A program made the position numbers and the translations under genes. This document shows positions 52,887 through 63,559 of a DNA stretch of 64,000 nucleotides, in pieces. Numbering within the stretch: position 1 is the stretch's first letter; every line of letters starts with the position of its first letter. Under the pieces are notes generated by a model. That model was not told where the DNA came from. It did no database searches and saw nothing but the letters and a program-made list of their open reading frames with translations. The stretch is from an uncultured Chloroflexia bacterium (GTDB lineage: Bacteria > Chloroflexota > Anaerolineae > CG2-30-64-16), in NCBI GenBank assembly GCA_963774265.1, contig CAVZDU010000002.1, positions 544,001-608,000 on the forward strand, read 5' to 3'.

Positions 52887-55800
52887 TCACGCAAATGTCG
52901 CGAGCAAGGCGACCGCCTCGCGAAGATCCGCCGTGTCGAAGCCCTCGGTGAACCAGCCGTGGGCCTCGGTCAGTAGCGCCCGGGCCTCCACCCTGCGGCC
53001 TGACTGCTCCCACAGCCGGCAGAGGCTCATTGTCGCCGCGTAGTTCGAGGGAGCGTGCTTGTTGCTCACGCGCGACGGTCAAGGCCTTCATGAAACAGGC
53101 TTCTGCCGCAGCTTTCTCCTCAAGCCCAGCGCCGACCAGCAATAACTCGCCCTTGAGGCGGTACAGCTCAGCCTCCCAGAGCCGCCCCGCGGACCTTTCC
53201 ACTTCGGCGAGCCCCTCGTCCAATGCGGCCCGTGCTGCTCCCAGATCCCCCGACCGCGCGTACGCTTTTGCAAGACAGATCAGGTAATAGGCCGCGAACA
53301 GCTCAGACCCGGTGGCCCGGTAGGCCGCCAAATTCTCCCGCATCTCGGCGATGCCCTCGGCCAGGTGTGCTTGCTGAGCCGACAGCCAGCCGTGCAAGGT
53401 CCTCAGCCTCCCAAGCCAGAAGGCGAACTTCTGCTCTTCCGAAATGGTCATGGCTGCGGCTATTCGCTCGCCGGCCAACACCGGTTCGCCGCGCAACTCA
53501 TGAAGGATGCCCGCGTAATCGAGGGAAAACACCTGGCTGAAGGGATGCTGACCCGCCTCTGCCAGCGCTATTGCCTCCAGACTCCAGGCCATGGCCTGAT
53601 CTGCATACCCGAGGTGCCAGAGCGTGAACGATCCGTGCGACAGGAGAGCCACGCCGGGATCTTGTCCGTAGAGGGCAGCGTGGCTGCGATGCTGCCTGAA
53701 ATCGTACAGGGTCCGGCTACGTTCGAAGTACTCGCGCGCCTGGACCACGTCGCCCCGGTGGTAGGCCGTCTCGCCCATGATCCGATTTCCTTCGAGCAGG
53801 AGCGCGCGGTTCTGCGAGGCCTCGGCTAGTGCCAGGCAATTTCGTGCCAGCTCGAGGGAAGTGTCGAGGTTCATGCGCACCAGGTTGTAGCCCCACAGGC
53901 CGTAGAGAACCTGGAACAACAACGCCGGATCTTCTATCTGCATGCACAACTCGCGCGCCCGGGTGTACGCCTGGCCCACCTCGGGGGTTCCGTAGCCCTT
54001 GACCGCGACCAGCGGGGCGAAAAGCGCAATCTGCAGGTCCAGCTCTTGCCGGAGCGACTCGGTACTCGGCGGCAACCCCGCCAGTAGTTGCAGGGCCTTG
54101 GTAAAGTGCACCAGCGCCTCTTCGTTGGCCGAAAGGCGCACGGCTCGCTCGCCTGCCTGCTTCAAATACTGGACCGCCTTGGCAGGCCAGCCCGCGGCTT
54201 CGAAGTGCCGTGCCAACTGCACGGATACTGCCTCTGTGTCCCCGCCATACAGGCCCTCGAGCACCTGCCCCACTGCTTCATGCAAGTAGGTACACTCGGC
54301 GTCGTCCAGGTCATGGTAGAGGTACTTCTGAAACAGAATGTGTCGGAACCGGTACTGCGATATCTGCTGGTCGTCCGGACTCAACCGGCGGCTGCTCTCA
54401 TTGCGGACCAGCCGGTGCCCCCGGTCCAGTTCCTCGCTCAAGAGCCGCACGACCGCGCGTTCTTCGCTTCCCTGCACCCGGGCGACGACTTCCGCCGTGA
54501 ATATCTCGCCCTCAACACTCGCCACTTTCAGCAGCTCGCGAAGCACGGGCGTCAGGCGACCAATGCGCTCGGCAATAACCCCTTCCACCCTCGCCGGCAA
54601 GATCTCCCAGTTCAGTTCCCGTGCCTCGACCCAGCGGCCGCGCTCGTCCTTGACGATATCGCCGCGCTCCTGCATGCCACGAAACATCTCAACCGTAAAC
54701 AGCGCATGCCCCGCTGTGTGTCGGAAAAGCGCCTCCCTAAAGCCCGGCCCCAGGACGTTGGGCTGGGCATCGAGAAAGGCGTCGACAAAATGGCGGTCTG
54801 CCGTCTGCCCAAGGTCCATGACAATATCGCCAAACTGGCGCAGAAACTCGTTGACCAGTGATTCAAGCGGGTGGCGTTCCCACTCCGCGCCGAGCGCGCC
54901 ATCCACGGCCCGCCGCGCGGTGGAAGCGCGGCCCAGTGCTACCTCGGCCGGGCGATAGATCCCGACGACGAGGATGCGGCCCCCGTGCAGCCGACGTCCG
55001 AGGTCAAAGAGCAGGTTAATCGAGCCGGTATCCGCCCACTGCAGGTCATCGAGGACCAGCATGAGCGGCTGCTGGCCGGCCAGGACCTGGACGACCTTCA
55101 CGTATTGCTCGAACAGGTCCGCCTGCTTGACGTTGCCCGAGCTTTGCCGAGCCTCCTGGCTAGCAACCAACGCCTTCAGGCCGTCCGGCCAGCCGTGCTC
55201 TTGAGTGGTCCCATCGAACCGGCCAACCAATGCCCGGCTGGAAACGAACGTATCGAGCAGGTCGGGTCCTGTTTCGACGAGAACCCGGACCGCGCGGGAC
55301 ACGAAGGCCTGACTGGGCTGCCCTGTCAGGCGCGAGGGTGCCCCCGACCGAAAGCGTCTCTGCATCCCCGGTCAAGTGGGCCAGGATCTCCCGGAAAGGC
55401 AGGTAAGGATCACCTAGCCCCGTGTAGGCATTGCAGTATCCCCGGGCGACAACCAGTTCGGGCCGCTGCGCCTGCGAGCGCCGAGCGAACTCCTGCACTA
55501 GTGCCGTCTTGCCGCTGCCTGCTTCGCCGGTAACGAAGACGGCCTGGCTTTGCCCACCGAGGGCCAACTCCAAGAAGTGATCCAACCGCGCTAACGCGGA
55601 CTCATGACCGGCGAATGTGGGACGCTCGCTCTCGCCCGGTTGAGCGCCTTCGAGATTCGGCGCACCGGCCGGTTCCAGAGCGATGTCGGGGTTACGGGCG
55701 CGAGCGGCAGGACCCTGTCGAGGCGGCAGGTGGACCGCGGGCGACTCCCCAAGGAGGCGCCGGCCCTTGATTGCTTCGTAGAGCCGGGTGGTCTCCTCTG

Positions 55801-56544
55801 CGGGCCGGACTGCCAACTCCGCGTCGAGGATCCGTACGCACTCGGCGTACTGGCGCAGGGCAGCGGCCGACCTGCCGGTCCTCGCGTACAGCTGCATCAA
55901 CTGCCGCTGGGCAGGCTCGTGCAGTGGATCGAGTGCAACCCATTGCCGGGCGTAGGGAATGCCCGGCGATGCTTCGCCTTCCCCAAGAGCGTTGTAGCCG
56001 CTTGCCAGTCGTTCCAACGCCGAAGCCAGTTCCTGGCGTAGGCTCTCCGTCTGGAAGAACTGCCACTCGTCAAACTCAGGACTATCTTTGAGGGTGAAAC
56101 CGGCGAGGAAGTCGCCTCGATGCAGGCCGACCGCCTCGCCAAGGAGGGACAGGCAGGCCGGGCAAACCGCAGCCACCTGGTGGTCGTGCTTGTCGCACGC
56201 CGCCAACAGCTCGTGAAAGTGTTCGATGTCAAGGCAGTAGGCCGACAGCCGGTCCGCAGGGGGGACCAGGTCGCGCCTCAAGGCAATGCTCTCGCGACTG
56301 GCGTCGAGCCAGCCCGGGCCGAGTGAGGCGTTTAGTGTTGAGAGGTCACGACGCAGCGCGCTTCGTGCACCTCCCTGGTCGTATTCCGGATAAAACAGTG
56401 CTGCCAGACGATCGCGCGGCTGAGCTTCCCCGCTAAAGCGAGATAAGCCAGAAGCGCTAAGGATTTACGCCGCGGCAACTCAACAGGCTCGTCCTCGAGC
56501 TCGATGCGCGGCGGCCCGAACAGCCATAATTTCAAGCCGGGCAT
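52887..56544 (-). CDS. BTAD (SARP/AfsR-like) regulator with AAA/STAND ATPase and TPR-like C-terminus, frameshifted
   Basis: LWLFGPP..RKSLALLAYLA; FLAGF..EFDEWQ; LDPLHEPAQRQLMQLY; TGEAGSGKT; LVLDDLQWAD; YRFRHILFQ; WEAELYRLKGE. Confidence 0.85.
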
Positions 56545-56702
56545 CGGTGACCCCCTCCCGAAGGAGCGACGATTCCATCGCGTGAGGTATTGGGTCGCAC
56601 CAATGCCTCTGGTCCGTTAGTTGGTGCGGATTCTGAGACGCTCCTGGTGCGCCGGTCCGCTATAGTACAAGCAGTATACAGCTAGAAGACAGGAGTGCAG
56701 GA

Positions 56703-57104
56703 ATGAACATCACCTTTACGCAGAGAATGAGCGCAGCCATTGGCAAGTTCGACCTCGAATTGGCAGTTCGCGGCATACGCGCTCGTAATTCTGCGCGCAG
56801 GGGCTTCCGGACAGCCATGGCTCAGGCCTACAACACAGTCGGCCGCCATTACCGTCCCAGATGGGCTACTTACCTCCTGGACAAGGAGTTCCAGGCCACC
56901 TGTGAGCCTCGCCTCCGGGCGAGCTACCTGGAGGGTGGGACTCGCATGACGGCAGACGAGTTGGCGCACTTCTGGGCCGACCCGTTGGAATGGGTGAGTG
57001 AAGCGGCCAGGCTCGAGCATACCGCCGAGTTGGTGGACGTGGCCGACCGCTTCCTCCGCTGCCTGGACGAGGAACTCTGCGAACGGGAGGTGTTGGCCAG
57101 ATAA
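56703..57104 (+). CDS. Hypothetical protein (133 aa)
   Basis: AGGAG RBS; divergent from the BTAD regulator; no motif recognised. Confidence 0.55.
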   Translation: MNITFTQRMSAAIGKFDLELAVRGIRARNSARRGFRTAMAQAYNTVGRHYRPRWATYLLDKEFQATCEPRLRASYLEGGTRMTADELAHFWADPLEWVSEAARLEHTAELVDVADRFLRCLDEELCEREVLAR

Positions 57105-57209
57105 CGCTCTGGCCATTAGTGGTCAACGGAGGGCGCCCATCGCTACGGGATGCAGCGATAGAACGAACGCCCCATGCAGCATCCTATAGTCGTTACGGGA
57201 GGATACGTC

Positions 57210-57440
57210 ATGCCACTTATTCAGGTCAAGGTCATCGAAGGTGTGTTCGGTCAGGCGGAGAAGCAACAGATCGTGCGGAGGCTCACGGAGGCCATGGTGT
57301 CCATTGAAGGCGAGAATATGCGTCCGGTCACATGGTGCATCGTGGAAGAGGTAAAGAGTGGCGACTGGGGCATTGCGGGCAATCCGCTATCTACCAGCGA
57401 TGTGCTGGCCCTTGCTAGGGGGACACCTGTCCAACGATAA
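57210..57440 (+). CDS. 4-oxalocrotonate tautomerase family protein
   Basis: GGAGG RBS; M-PLIQVK (catalytic Pro1), TWCIVEEV..GDWGIAG. Confidence 0.88.
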   Translation: MPLIQVKVIEGVFGQAEKQQIVRRLTEAMVSIEGENMRPVTWCIVEEVKSGDWGIAGNPLSTSDVLALARGTPVQR

Positions 57441-57675
57441 TTAGAAATGCCCACTGAAAGCGAGGTGGGACCGTTATAGACTGACTCTGGAAGGAGTTGC
57501 TCCTTAGCCAAGGCTCACCGCTGCGGATGAAAATGGGTACAATCCGGTGACGCTTCAGCGAGAAGTCGAATGCTCTGTTTGGTGCCACGAGTCCGTAAGG
57601 AGTTTGGCTTGAGGTCCTGCAGGCACCGCTGACTGTTGCACCCTGTGAGGAAAAAGCACGCTAGGGAGAATCTAA

Positions 57676-58081
57676 GAAGCTGTTTGAAGAGTAACGGCTG
57701 TCGGCCAGAGACTGGTATACGTTGGAGTTGTGACACACATCGATACCCGACCGACCTGACCGACAGCCAGTGGGTCATTATCCAGGAGCTGATCCCACCG
57801 GTCAAACAGGCGGACGACCGCGCAGCCTGGATATGCGCCAAGTCGTCAACGCGATCCTGTATGTGGTTGTCGGCGACATCCAGTGGCGGATGCTGCCGAA
57901 CTGATCAATGGCCGCAGGCGCCACGTGCTGGTTGACACGCTGGGCCTGGTGTTAGCCGTCGTAGTGACCAGTGCCGCCGTCCAAGATCGCGATGGCGCAC
58001 GCCTACCGACGATCTACATCGTCATGATTCGGCTGATGTTGCGTCGCTTAGCCCGCCAATGACCTTTTCAACAAGAACCTC
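57676..58081 (+). mobile_element. IS5-family (IS1031-like) internally deleted relic
   Basis: Left end GAAGCTGTTTGAAGAGT after TAA; transposase fragments [55 protein letters not shown] and [14 protein letters not shown]; degenerate right end CCTTTTCAAC..CCTC. Confidence 0.8.
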
Positions 58082-58084
58082 TGC

Positions 58085-61000
58085 TCAACCCCCAGGCCGC
58101 AGTCCGAAGTGGAACGCGCCGCCGCGGCTCAGCACCGGCGACTTGAAGTCACCCAGTTTGACCGCCAGGACGATGTAGTAGTAATTGGCTAGCGGCGAGT
58201 CGAGCGCGGTATCGTCCGGGTAGATCGCTTCGTTGCTCAGGCCGGGTGGCGCTACGTTGTCCAGGAAGGCGCCCGGGAGCGGCATGAAGTAGGGCGTCGT
58301 GTAGCGGTAGACCTCGTAGCGGGTGATGTCTGGCTCGGTCTGCGTCCAACGCAGCTCGATGCCATCCGGCGACACATCCAGGCCCACGGCCGGCGGCGCG
58401 GGCTGGGGTGAGAACTCGCTGGTGTTGCCTTCCGCGTCGGTGGCAGTAGCCGTAACACGAGGGCCGGCCAGACTCCCCTCCTTGTCGAAGGCGAAGCTGC
58501 CCGAGGCGTTTGCCACAACGCTGCCTTCGTAAATACGACCCTCGTCTTCGGCATCTGAGAATACCTCGACTGTACCTCCAGGACAGGCGGCGCCCGCGAT
58601 GCCGGTTATCGTGAGGGACGCGATGACCGGCGCCGGTAGCATGTTGTTGCCACCTTCTGTGGCCTCTATGCCTTTGCCGGCATTACCATATATGGAGTTG
58701 CGGCGGATCGTGTTATATGAGGAACGATCCACGTGGACGCCGGCCCTGGCGCCGTAAGCGACCCTGTTGTTCTGAACGAAGTTGTGCGCGGCGTCGTCTA
58801 CGAGCGAGATACCCGCCCAACTGTTTCCAAGGGGACTGCTGCCACTCGCGTCGGTGCCGATGTAGTTGCCGGCAATGCAGTTGTGCTCGATCCCGGCGTT
58901 CTCGATGCGAACTCCATAGCTGTTGCCACTGATGATATTGCGCTCTTCATCAGTCGTGCCACCGATGAAGTTATGCCGGGTGCCCTCGTTGATGTCTACC
59001 CCACTCACATTGCCGATAGAATAGACGCCAGTGACATCCGTGCCGATATAGTTTCCAATGACGAGGTTGTCAGACATCTCCAAACCACCGAGTGAAACGC
59101 CGTTGCCATTTCCGCTGATGAGATTTCTCTCTCCGGGTCTCGACCCTCCAACACGGTTGAACCCTGCACTCCAAATCAACACACCCATGCCGTTCGCCAG
59201 CGGAGCGGTGCCCATAGCAGTGGTGCCAATGAAGTTGCCGATGATAACATTATGGGCGGTATTCTGGTCACTTATGACAACCCCGAATTCCTTGTTCCCA
59301 CTGATGATGTTTCGCTCGGCTGGCAGCTCCCCTCCTACAACGTCACTGGATGCCCCCGACTCAATGATCACCCCTGCGCGATTCCCCAGGGCAAGCAGGC
59401 CACTGATATCGGTGCCGATGTAGTTGCCTGCGATGACGTTACCTACGACACCATCACCGATAACCTGAATGCCCCTGTCGTGGTTGCCGCTGATGATATT
59501 GCGTTCCCCCGTTGTGTCCCCACCCACTCGGTTGTAAGATGCTCCCTCCTGGATCTGAATACCGATCTCATTGCCAAACGCTTGCGTCCCACTGGCATCC
59601 AGGCCGACGATATTGCCCCTGATCATATTGCTCATCAGGTAGCTCACCACTCCATCGGCGTGGATACCGATGCCAAAGTCATTCCCACTGATGACGTTGC
59701 CCTGCCCTGTTGGTCCCATCCCCTTGGTCCGGTCTCCGCCGATGACGTTATATCGGCCTCGGATATACACGCCGGCACTACCATAAGACCCTGTTCGGAA
59801 GTTAAGGATTTGAAGCCCCAATACCCTATTACCATCCGAGGTGATCAGCAAGCCATAAGCCGGTCCTGACAGGAGGCTCCCATCCACGATCACCCCTGCG
59901 TCGCTACCGTCGATGGTCAGCCGTCCTTCGCTCATTGCCGGCAACTGACTGAGCAGGCCGATCGTCGCCGGGCTCGTAGGGGGGAACGCCGTCACGTCAA
60001 ACAAAATCGTGTCACCCGGACCGGCATCAAGCAGTGCCTGGCGCAAAGTGCCGGGGCCACTGTCCAGTGGGCTCGTGACGACGTTGGTCTTCGCCAAAAG
60101 GACGGCTGGGGGAGAAAACTCGGAGGTATTACCTGCAAGGTCAGTTGCTGTCGCGGTGATGCGGGGCCCTGTGAGTCCTGCTGTCTGAACGAACGTAAAT
60201 ACGCCCGATGGGCCAACTGTGACCCGACCCTCATAAGCTTCGCCTTCGTTGGATCCGTCGGAGAAGACCTCAATGACCATGCCCGGTGCTGCGCTGCCGG
60301 TAACGGTGGTAGCAGTGACCCCGGAAAGGTCTGGCGGGGGTAGGGACTGGTTGGCGCCGTTGACGTTGGCAATCCCCTTACCGACGTTGTCGTGAATGGC
60401 GTTCGTCGTAACCGTGTTGCCCGAGGTGTTGCTGCCGTCAATCGTCACCCCGTCGCCGCCATTATGCGCGATGCGGTTGGCAGGGCCAACCAGGTTGCCC
60501 TGCGTACCGTCATGCATCCCGATTCCGCCCCTTGTGTTTGGCAGGGAAACTGTGCCCTGCTCGTCGGTGCCGATGAAGTTGCCCACCACCTCATTGTGGC
60601 CTGTGCCGCTCATCCAGATTCGTATTCCCCACTCGCTGTTGCCGCCGATCACGTTGCCTTCCCCCGGCTCCAGGCCCCCGATACGGTTTCTTGCAGCCCC
60701 ACTCCAAACGAGTACTCCATTCCCCTGGTTGCCGAGGGCCGTCAAGCCATCGGCCGGGGCGCCGATTTGATTCCCGATGACAACGTTGTTGTCAGTGCCA
60801 GTGTCACGAATAGCTATCCCGTCTCCGAGGTTTCCTGCGATGACATTTTTCTCTGCCGATGTAGGCCCGCCAATCTGGTTGTCGGTAGCACCCCCTAGCA
60901 GGGCGATGCCGATTTGGTTCCCTAGTGCAGACGTGCCGCTGGCATCGGTGCCGATGAAGTTGCCTGCGATAACATTCTGGCTTGTCCCTGAATTTTCGAC

Positions 61001-63559
61001 ATAGATGCCAACCTCATTGGCACTGATGATGTTGCGGCGGCCGACCGTGGATCCACCGACGCGATTGCGCTTTCCGCCCGCCGTCAGGGTAATGCCGGTC
61101 CATTCGTTGCCCAAAGCGGCCTGCCCGGTAGCGTTGGTGCCGATCAGGTTGCCCTCGATAACGTTGTCAGAACTCTCCACGCGAATCCCACTCCATTCGC
61201 CGTTGCCCGAAAGGACGTTGCCCTCGCCGCTGGGACCGCTCCCGACTGTGCGATCTCCACCGATTGTGTTGTTGCCGGTTCCCCAATTCAGCTTGATCCC
61301 CTCGTTTGGGAAACGGAGAATCTGTAGGCCCTTGATCGTGTTGTAGGAGGAATCTATTAGAAGTCCTACGCTGCCTACCGGCGTGGTGTTGCCCTCCAGG
61401 ATAACCCCGGTGTTGCTGCCATCAATGGTTATCCCACCCTGGTTGATGGGTGGAAGCTGGCTTTGGGGGCTGATGGTCGCTGGCGTTGTCGGTGGGAAAA
61501 TCGCGGGATCAAAGGTAATTGTGTCGCCGGGCCCGGCATCCAGGATGGCCTGGCGCAGTGTGCCGGGGCCGCTGTCCGCCACGCTCCTAACAACGTGAGT
61601 GATCGATTCGCTCCCGGTATCCTCGGCCATCGGAGGGTCGTCATGATCTGATTCTGACCGAACGTTGGCCACATCAACGGACCTGTTTGCCGTTGCCTTT
61701 TCCCAAACCAAGAGCCCGCCATGCCCATCGGCGACATAGAGGTAATCGCCCCCAAGCTGGGTATGCCAGGCGAATCCCGGTGTATCATAGGCTGCCACAA
61801 GAGTGGGGGTCTGAGGGTTCAAAACGTCCACGATCTGGACGCCCTCGCCGCCGACGCTGACGTAGGCCAACGAACCACCGATCGTCACACTCTCGGCGAC
61901 GCCAGGGGTGTCGTAGAAACCCATTTCTGCGGGTATTCCCGGCTCGGATACGTCCACAATCCTCAGGCCCGCCTGCGAATCGGCGACGTATGCCCGGTTG
62001 CCGACGACGGTCACGCCCTGCGAGAGGCCGGGCGAGTCGTAGACGCCCACCACAATCGGACTGACCGGATTCGAGACGTCCACGAGCTTGACGCCGTCCA
62101 AAGCATCAGCCAGGTAAGCCAGGCTGCCTGCTACTGCAACTCCAACGGTGGACTGCTGGTTTTCGTCCAGTCGGATGGAGCTGAGCTGGGCGGGAGAAGT
62201 CGGGTCGCTGACGCTGATCAGGCGTAATCCGGTTTCATCAGCTACATAGACAGTTGACCCTTGCAGGGCGATTTCGCGATACGCTCCCCATGTACTGATA
62301 AAGCCGGTTCTCACCGGATGGGTAGGATCGGAGATGTTCAGTACGTGCACGCTGTTATTGGCAGCCAGGTAGGCGTAGGCACCGCTGACAAGCACGCTGA
62401 CAGCGTAGCCACCCTGGGTATCATATCCCCCAACCTCCCTGGGATGTGCCGGATCGGAGACATCCACCACCCGCAGGCCAGAGAACCCGGCAGCCACGTA
62501 GACATAGGAGCCTGCCACGGCGACTCGGCGCGCATCGGCCAGTGGACTATAAGAGCCGACCTGGGTTGGGTGGGCGGGATCCGTCACATCCAACACCCGT
62601 AGGCCTTCGCGCAGGTCGGCCACGTATGCCGTGCTGCCTGCGACAGCCACTCTGCGGGCAAGACCTGGCTCCTGGAAGGCTCCGATCTCCTGGGGATTTG
62701 CCCGGTCGGAAACATCCACGAGCCGCAATCCATTAGCCCCGTCAGCCACATAGACTTCGGAGCCCGCCATCGCGACGCTCATTGCCCAACCTGGTGTGAC
62801 GTACGCGCCGATCGTAGTTGGATTGCCGGGACTGGACACATCCACCACTCTCAAACCTTCCCACGCGTCGGCCACGAAGACCGTATTGCCGGCCGCTGCG
62901 ACATCATAGGCATAGCCTGGCGTATCCAAAGAACCTACTTCTACCGGGTGTGCTGGGTCGGAGACGTCGGCCACCAACAACCCTGCCCCAGCCGCCGCCA
63001 TGTAAGCGTAGTGGTCCAGAACAACTACCTCCAGGCCATAGTTCATCTCGTAGGCTTTGGCCAGCGGAGCGGGGTCGGCCGGACTAGAGACATCCACGAT
63101 GCCCAGACCATATGGCCCGTCGGCCAGGTAGGCGATACTGCCTGCCACCGTCACCCCTTCGGCGTAGCCGGGCGAGTCCCAGGCTCCTGCTTCTACCGGG
63201 TGGGCGGGATCGGATACGTCCACGACCCGCAGGCCGGCCCCACCGGCCGCGACATAGGCCGTTGTCTCGCTGACCGCGATGTCCTCCACGAAGTCGGGAA
63301 ACGGCGCGGTGGCGCCTATCTCAATCGGTGTGGCGGGGTTCGCCATATCCAGCACGATGAGCCGGAGGCCGACCCCGACGTAGGCGTATTGACCCTGGAT
63401 GGCCACAGCTTGGGTCGGCCCGCCGATCTGGCCCACGGCCTTCCACGCCGATGTTGCTGTCGACACAGCATTCGCTCCTTCGTGCGGAAGAACCAGTATT
63501 GAGAGAAGGACACCGCACAACAGCGCGCGAACGCTTTGTCCGACCGCTCGATGTTTCAT
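58085..63559 (-). CDS. Large secreted protein (~1825 aa): LVIVD-repeat region plus two right-handed beta-helix modules
   Basis: GGAGG RBS before MKHRAVG; signal peptide ending ANA; many YAYVA..GLRVVDVSDP..P repeats; two DSGPGTLRQAxLDA..GNxIGTD..RNIISGN..TATATDxxGNTSEFS modules; intact ORF (track start 63736). Confidence 0.85.
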   Translation of the reverse strand: MKHRAVGQSVRALLCGVLLSILVLPHEGANAVSTATSAWKAVGQIGGPTQAVAIQGQYAYVGVGLRLIVLDMANPATPIEIGATAPFPDFVEDIAVSETTAYVAAGGAGLRVVDVSDPAHPVEAGAWDSPGYAEGVTVAGSIAYLADGPYGLGIVDVSSPADPAPLAKAYEMNYGLEVVVLDHYAYMAAAGAGLLVADVSDPAHPVEVGSLDTPGYAYDVAAAGNTVFVADAWEGLRVVDVSSPGNPTTIGAYVTPGWAMSVAMAGSEVYVADGANGLRLVDVSDRANPQEIGAFQEPGLARRVAVAGSTAYVADLREGLRVLDVTDPAHPTQVGSYSPLADARRVAVAGSYVYVAAGFSGLRVVDVSDPAHPREVGGYDTQGGYAVSVLVSGAYAYLAANNSVHVLNISDPTHPVRTGFISTWGAYREIALQGSTVYVADETGLRLISVSDPTSPAQLSSIRLDENQQSTVGVAVAGSLAYLADALDGVKLVDVSNPVSPIVVGVYDSPGLSQGVTVVGNRAYVADSQAGLRIVDVSEPGIPAEMGFYDTPGVAESVTIGGSLAYVSVGGEGVQIVDVLNPQTPTLVAAYDTPGFAWHTQLGGDYLYVADGHGGLLVWEKATANRSVDVANVRSESDHDDPPMAEDTGSESITHVVRSVADSGPGTLRQAILDAGPGDTITFDPAIFPPTTPATISPQSQLPPINQGGITIDGSNTGVILEGNTTPVGSVGLLIDSSYNTIKGLQILRFPNEGIKLNWGTGNNTIGGDRTVGSGPSGEGNVLSGNGEWSGIRVESSDNVIEGNLIGTNATGQAALGNEWTGITLTAGGKRNRVGGSTVGRRNIISANEVGIYVENSGTSQNVIAGNFIGTDASGTSALGNQIGIALLGGATDNQIGGPTSAEKNVIAGNLGDGIAIRDTGTDNNVVIGNQIGAPADGLTALGNQGNGVLVWSGAARNRIGGLEPGEGNVIGGNSEWGIRIWMSGTGHNEVVGNFIGTDEQGTVSLPNTRGGIGMHDGTQGNLVGPANRIAHNGGDGVTIDGSNTSGNTVTTNAIHDNVGKGIANVNGANQSLPPPDLSGVTATTVTGSAAPGMVIEVFSDGSNEGEAYEGRVTVGPSGVFTFVQTAGLTGPRITATATDLAGNTSEFSPPAVLLAKTNVVTSPLDSGPGTLRQALLDAGPGDTILFDVTAFPPTSPATIGLLSQLPAMSEGRLTIDGSDAGVIVDGSLLSGPAYGLLITSDGNRVLGLQILNFRTGSYGSAGVYIRGRYNVIGGDRTKGMGPTGQGNVISGNDFGIGIHADGVVSYLMSNMIRGNIVGLDASGTQAFGNEIGIQIQEGASYNRVGGDTTGERNIISGNHDRGIQVIGDGVVGNVIAGNYIGTDISGLLALGNRAGVIIESGASSDVVGGELPAERNIISGNKEFGVVISDQNTAHNVIIGNFIGTTAMGTAPLANGMGVLIWSAGFNRVGGSRPGERNLISGNGNGVSLGGLEMSDNLVIGNYIGTDVTGVYSIGNVSGVDINEGTRHNFIGGTTDEERNIISGNSYGVRIENAGIEHNCIAGNYIGTDASGSSPLGNSWAGISLVDDAAHNFVQNNRVAYGARAGVHVDRSSYNTIRRNSIYGNAGKGIEATEGGNNMLPAPVIASLTITGIAGAACPGGTVEVFSDAEDEGRIYEGSVVANASGSFAFDKEGSLAGPRVTATATDAEGNTSEFSPQPAPPAVGLDVSPDGIELRWTQTEPDITRYEVYRYTTPYFMPLPGAFLDNVAPPGLSNEAIYPDDTALDSPLANYYYIVLAVKLGDFKSPVLSRGGAFHFGLRPGG

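Noticed and set aside
61650-63450. Periodic repeats as a possible CRISPR array or DNA tandem repeat
   Set aside because: They are degenerate protein-level LVIVD repeats within an open frame, with no identical repeat-spacer structure.
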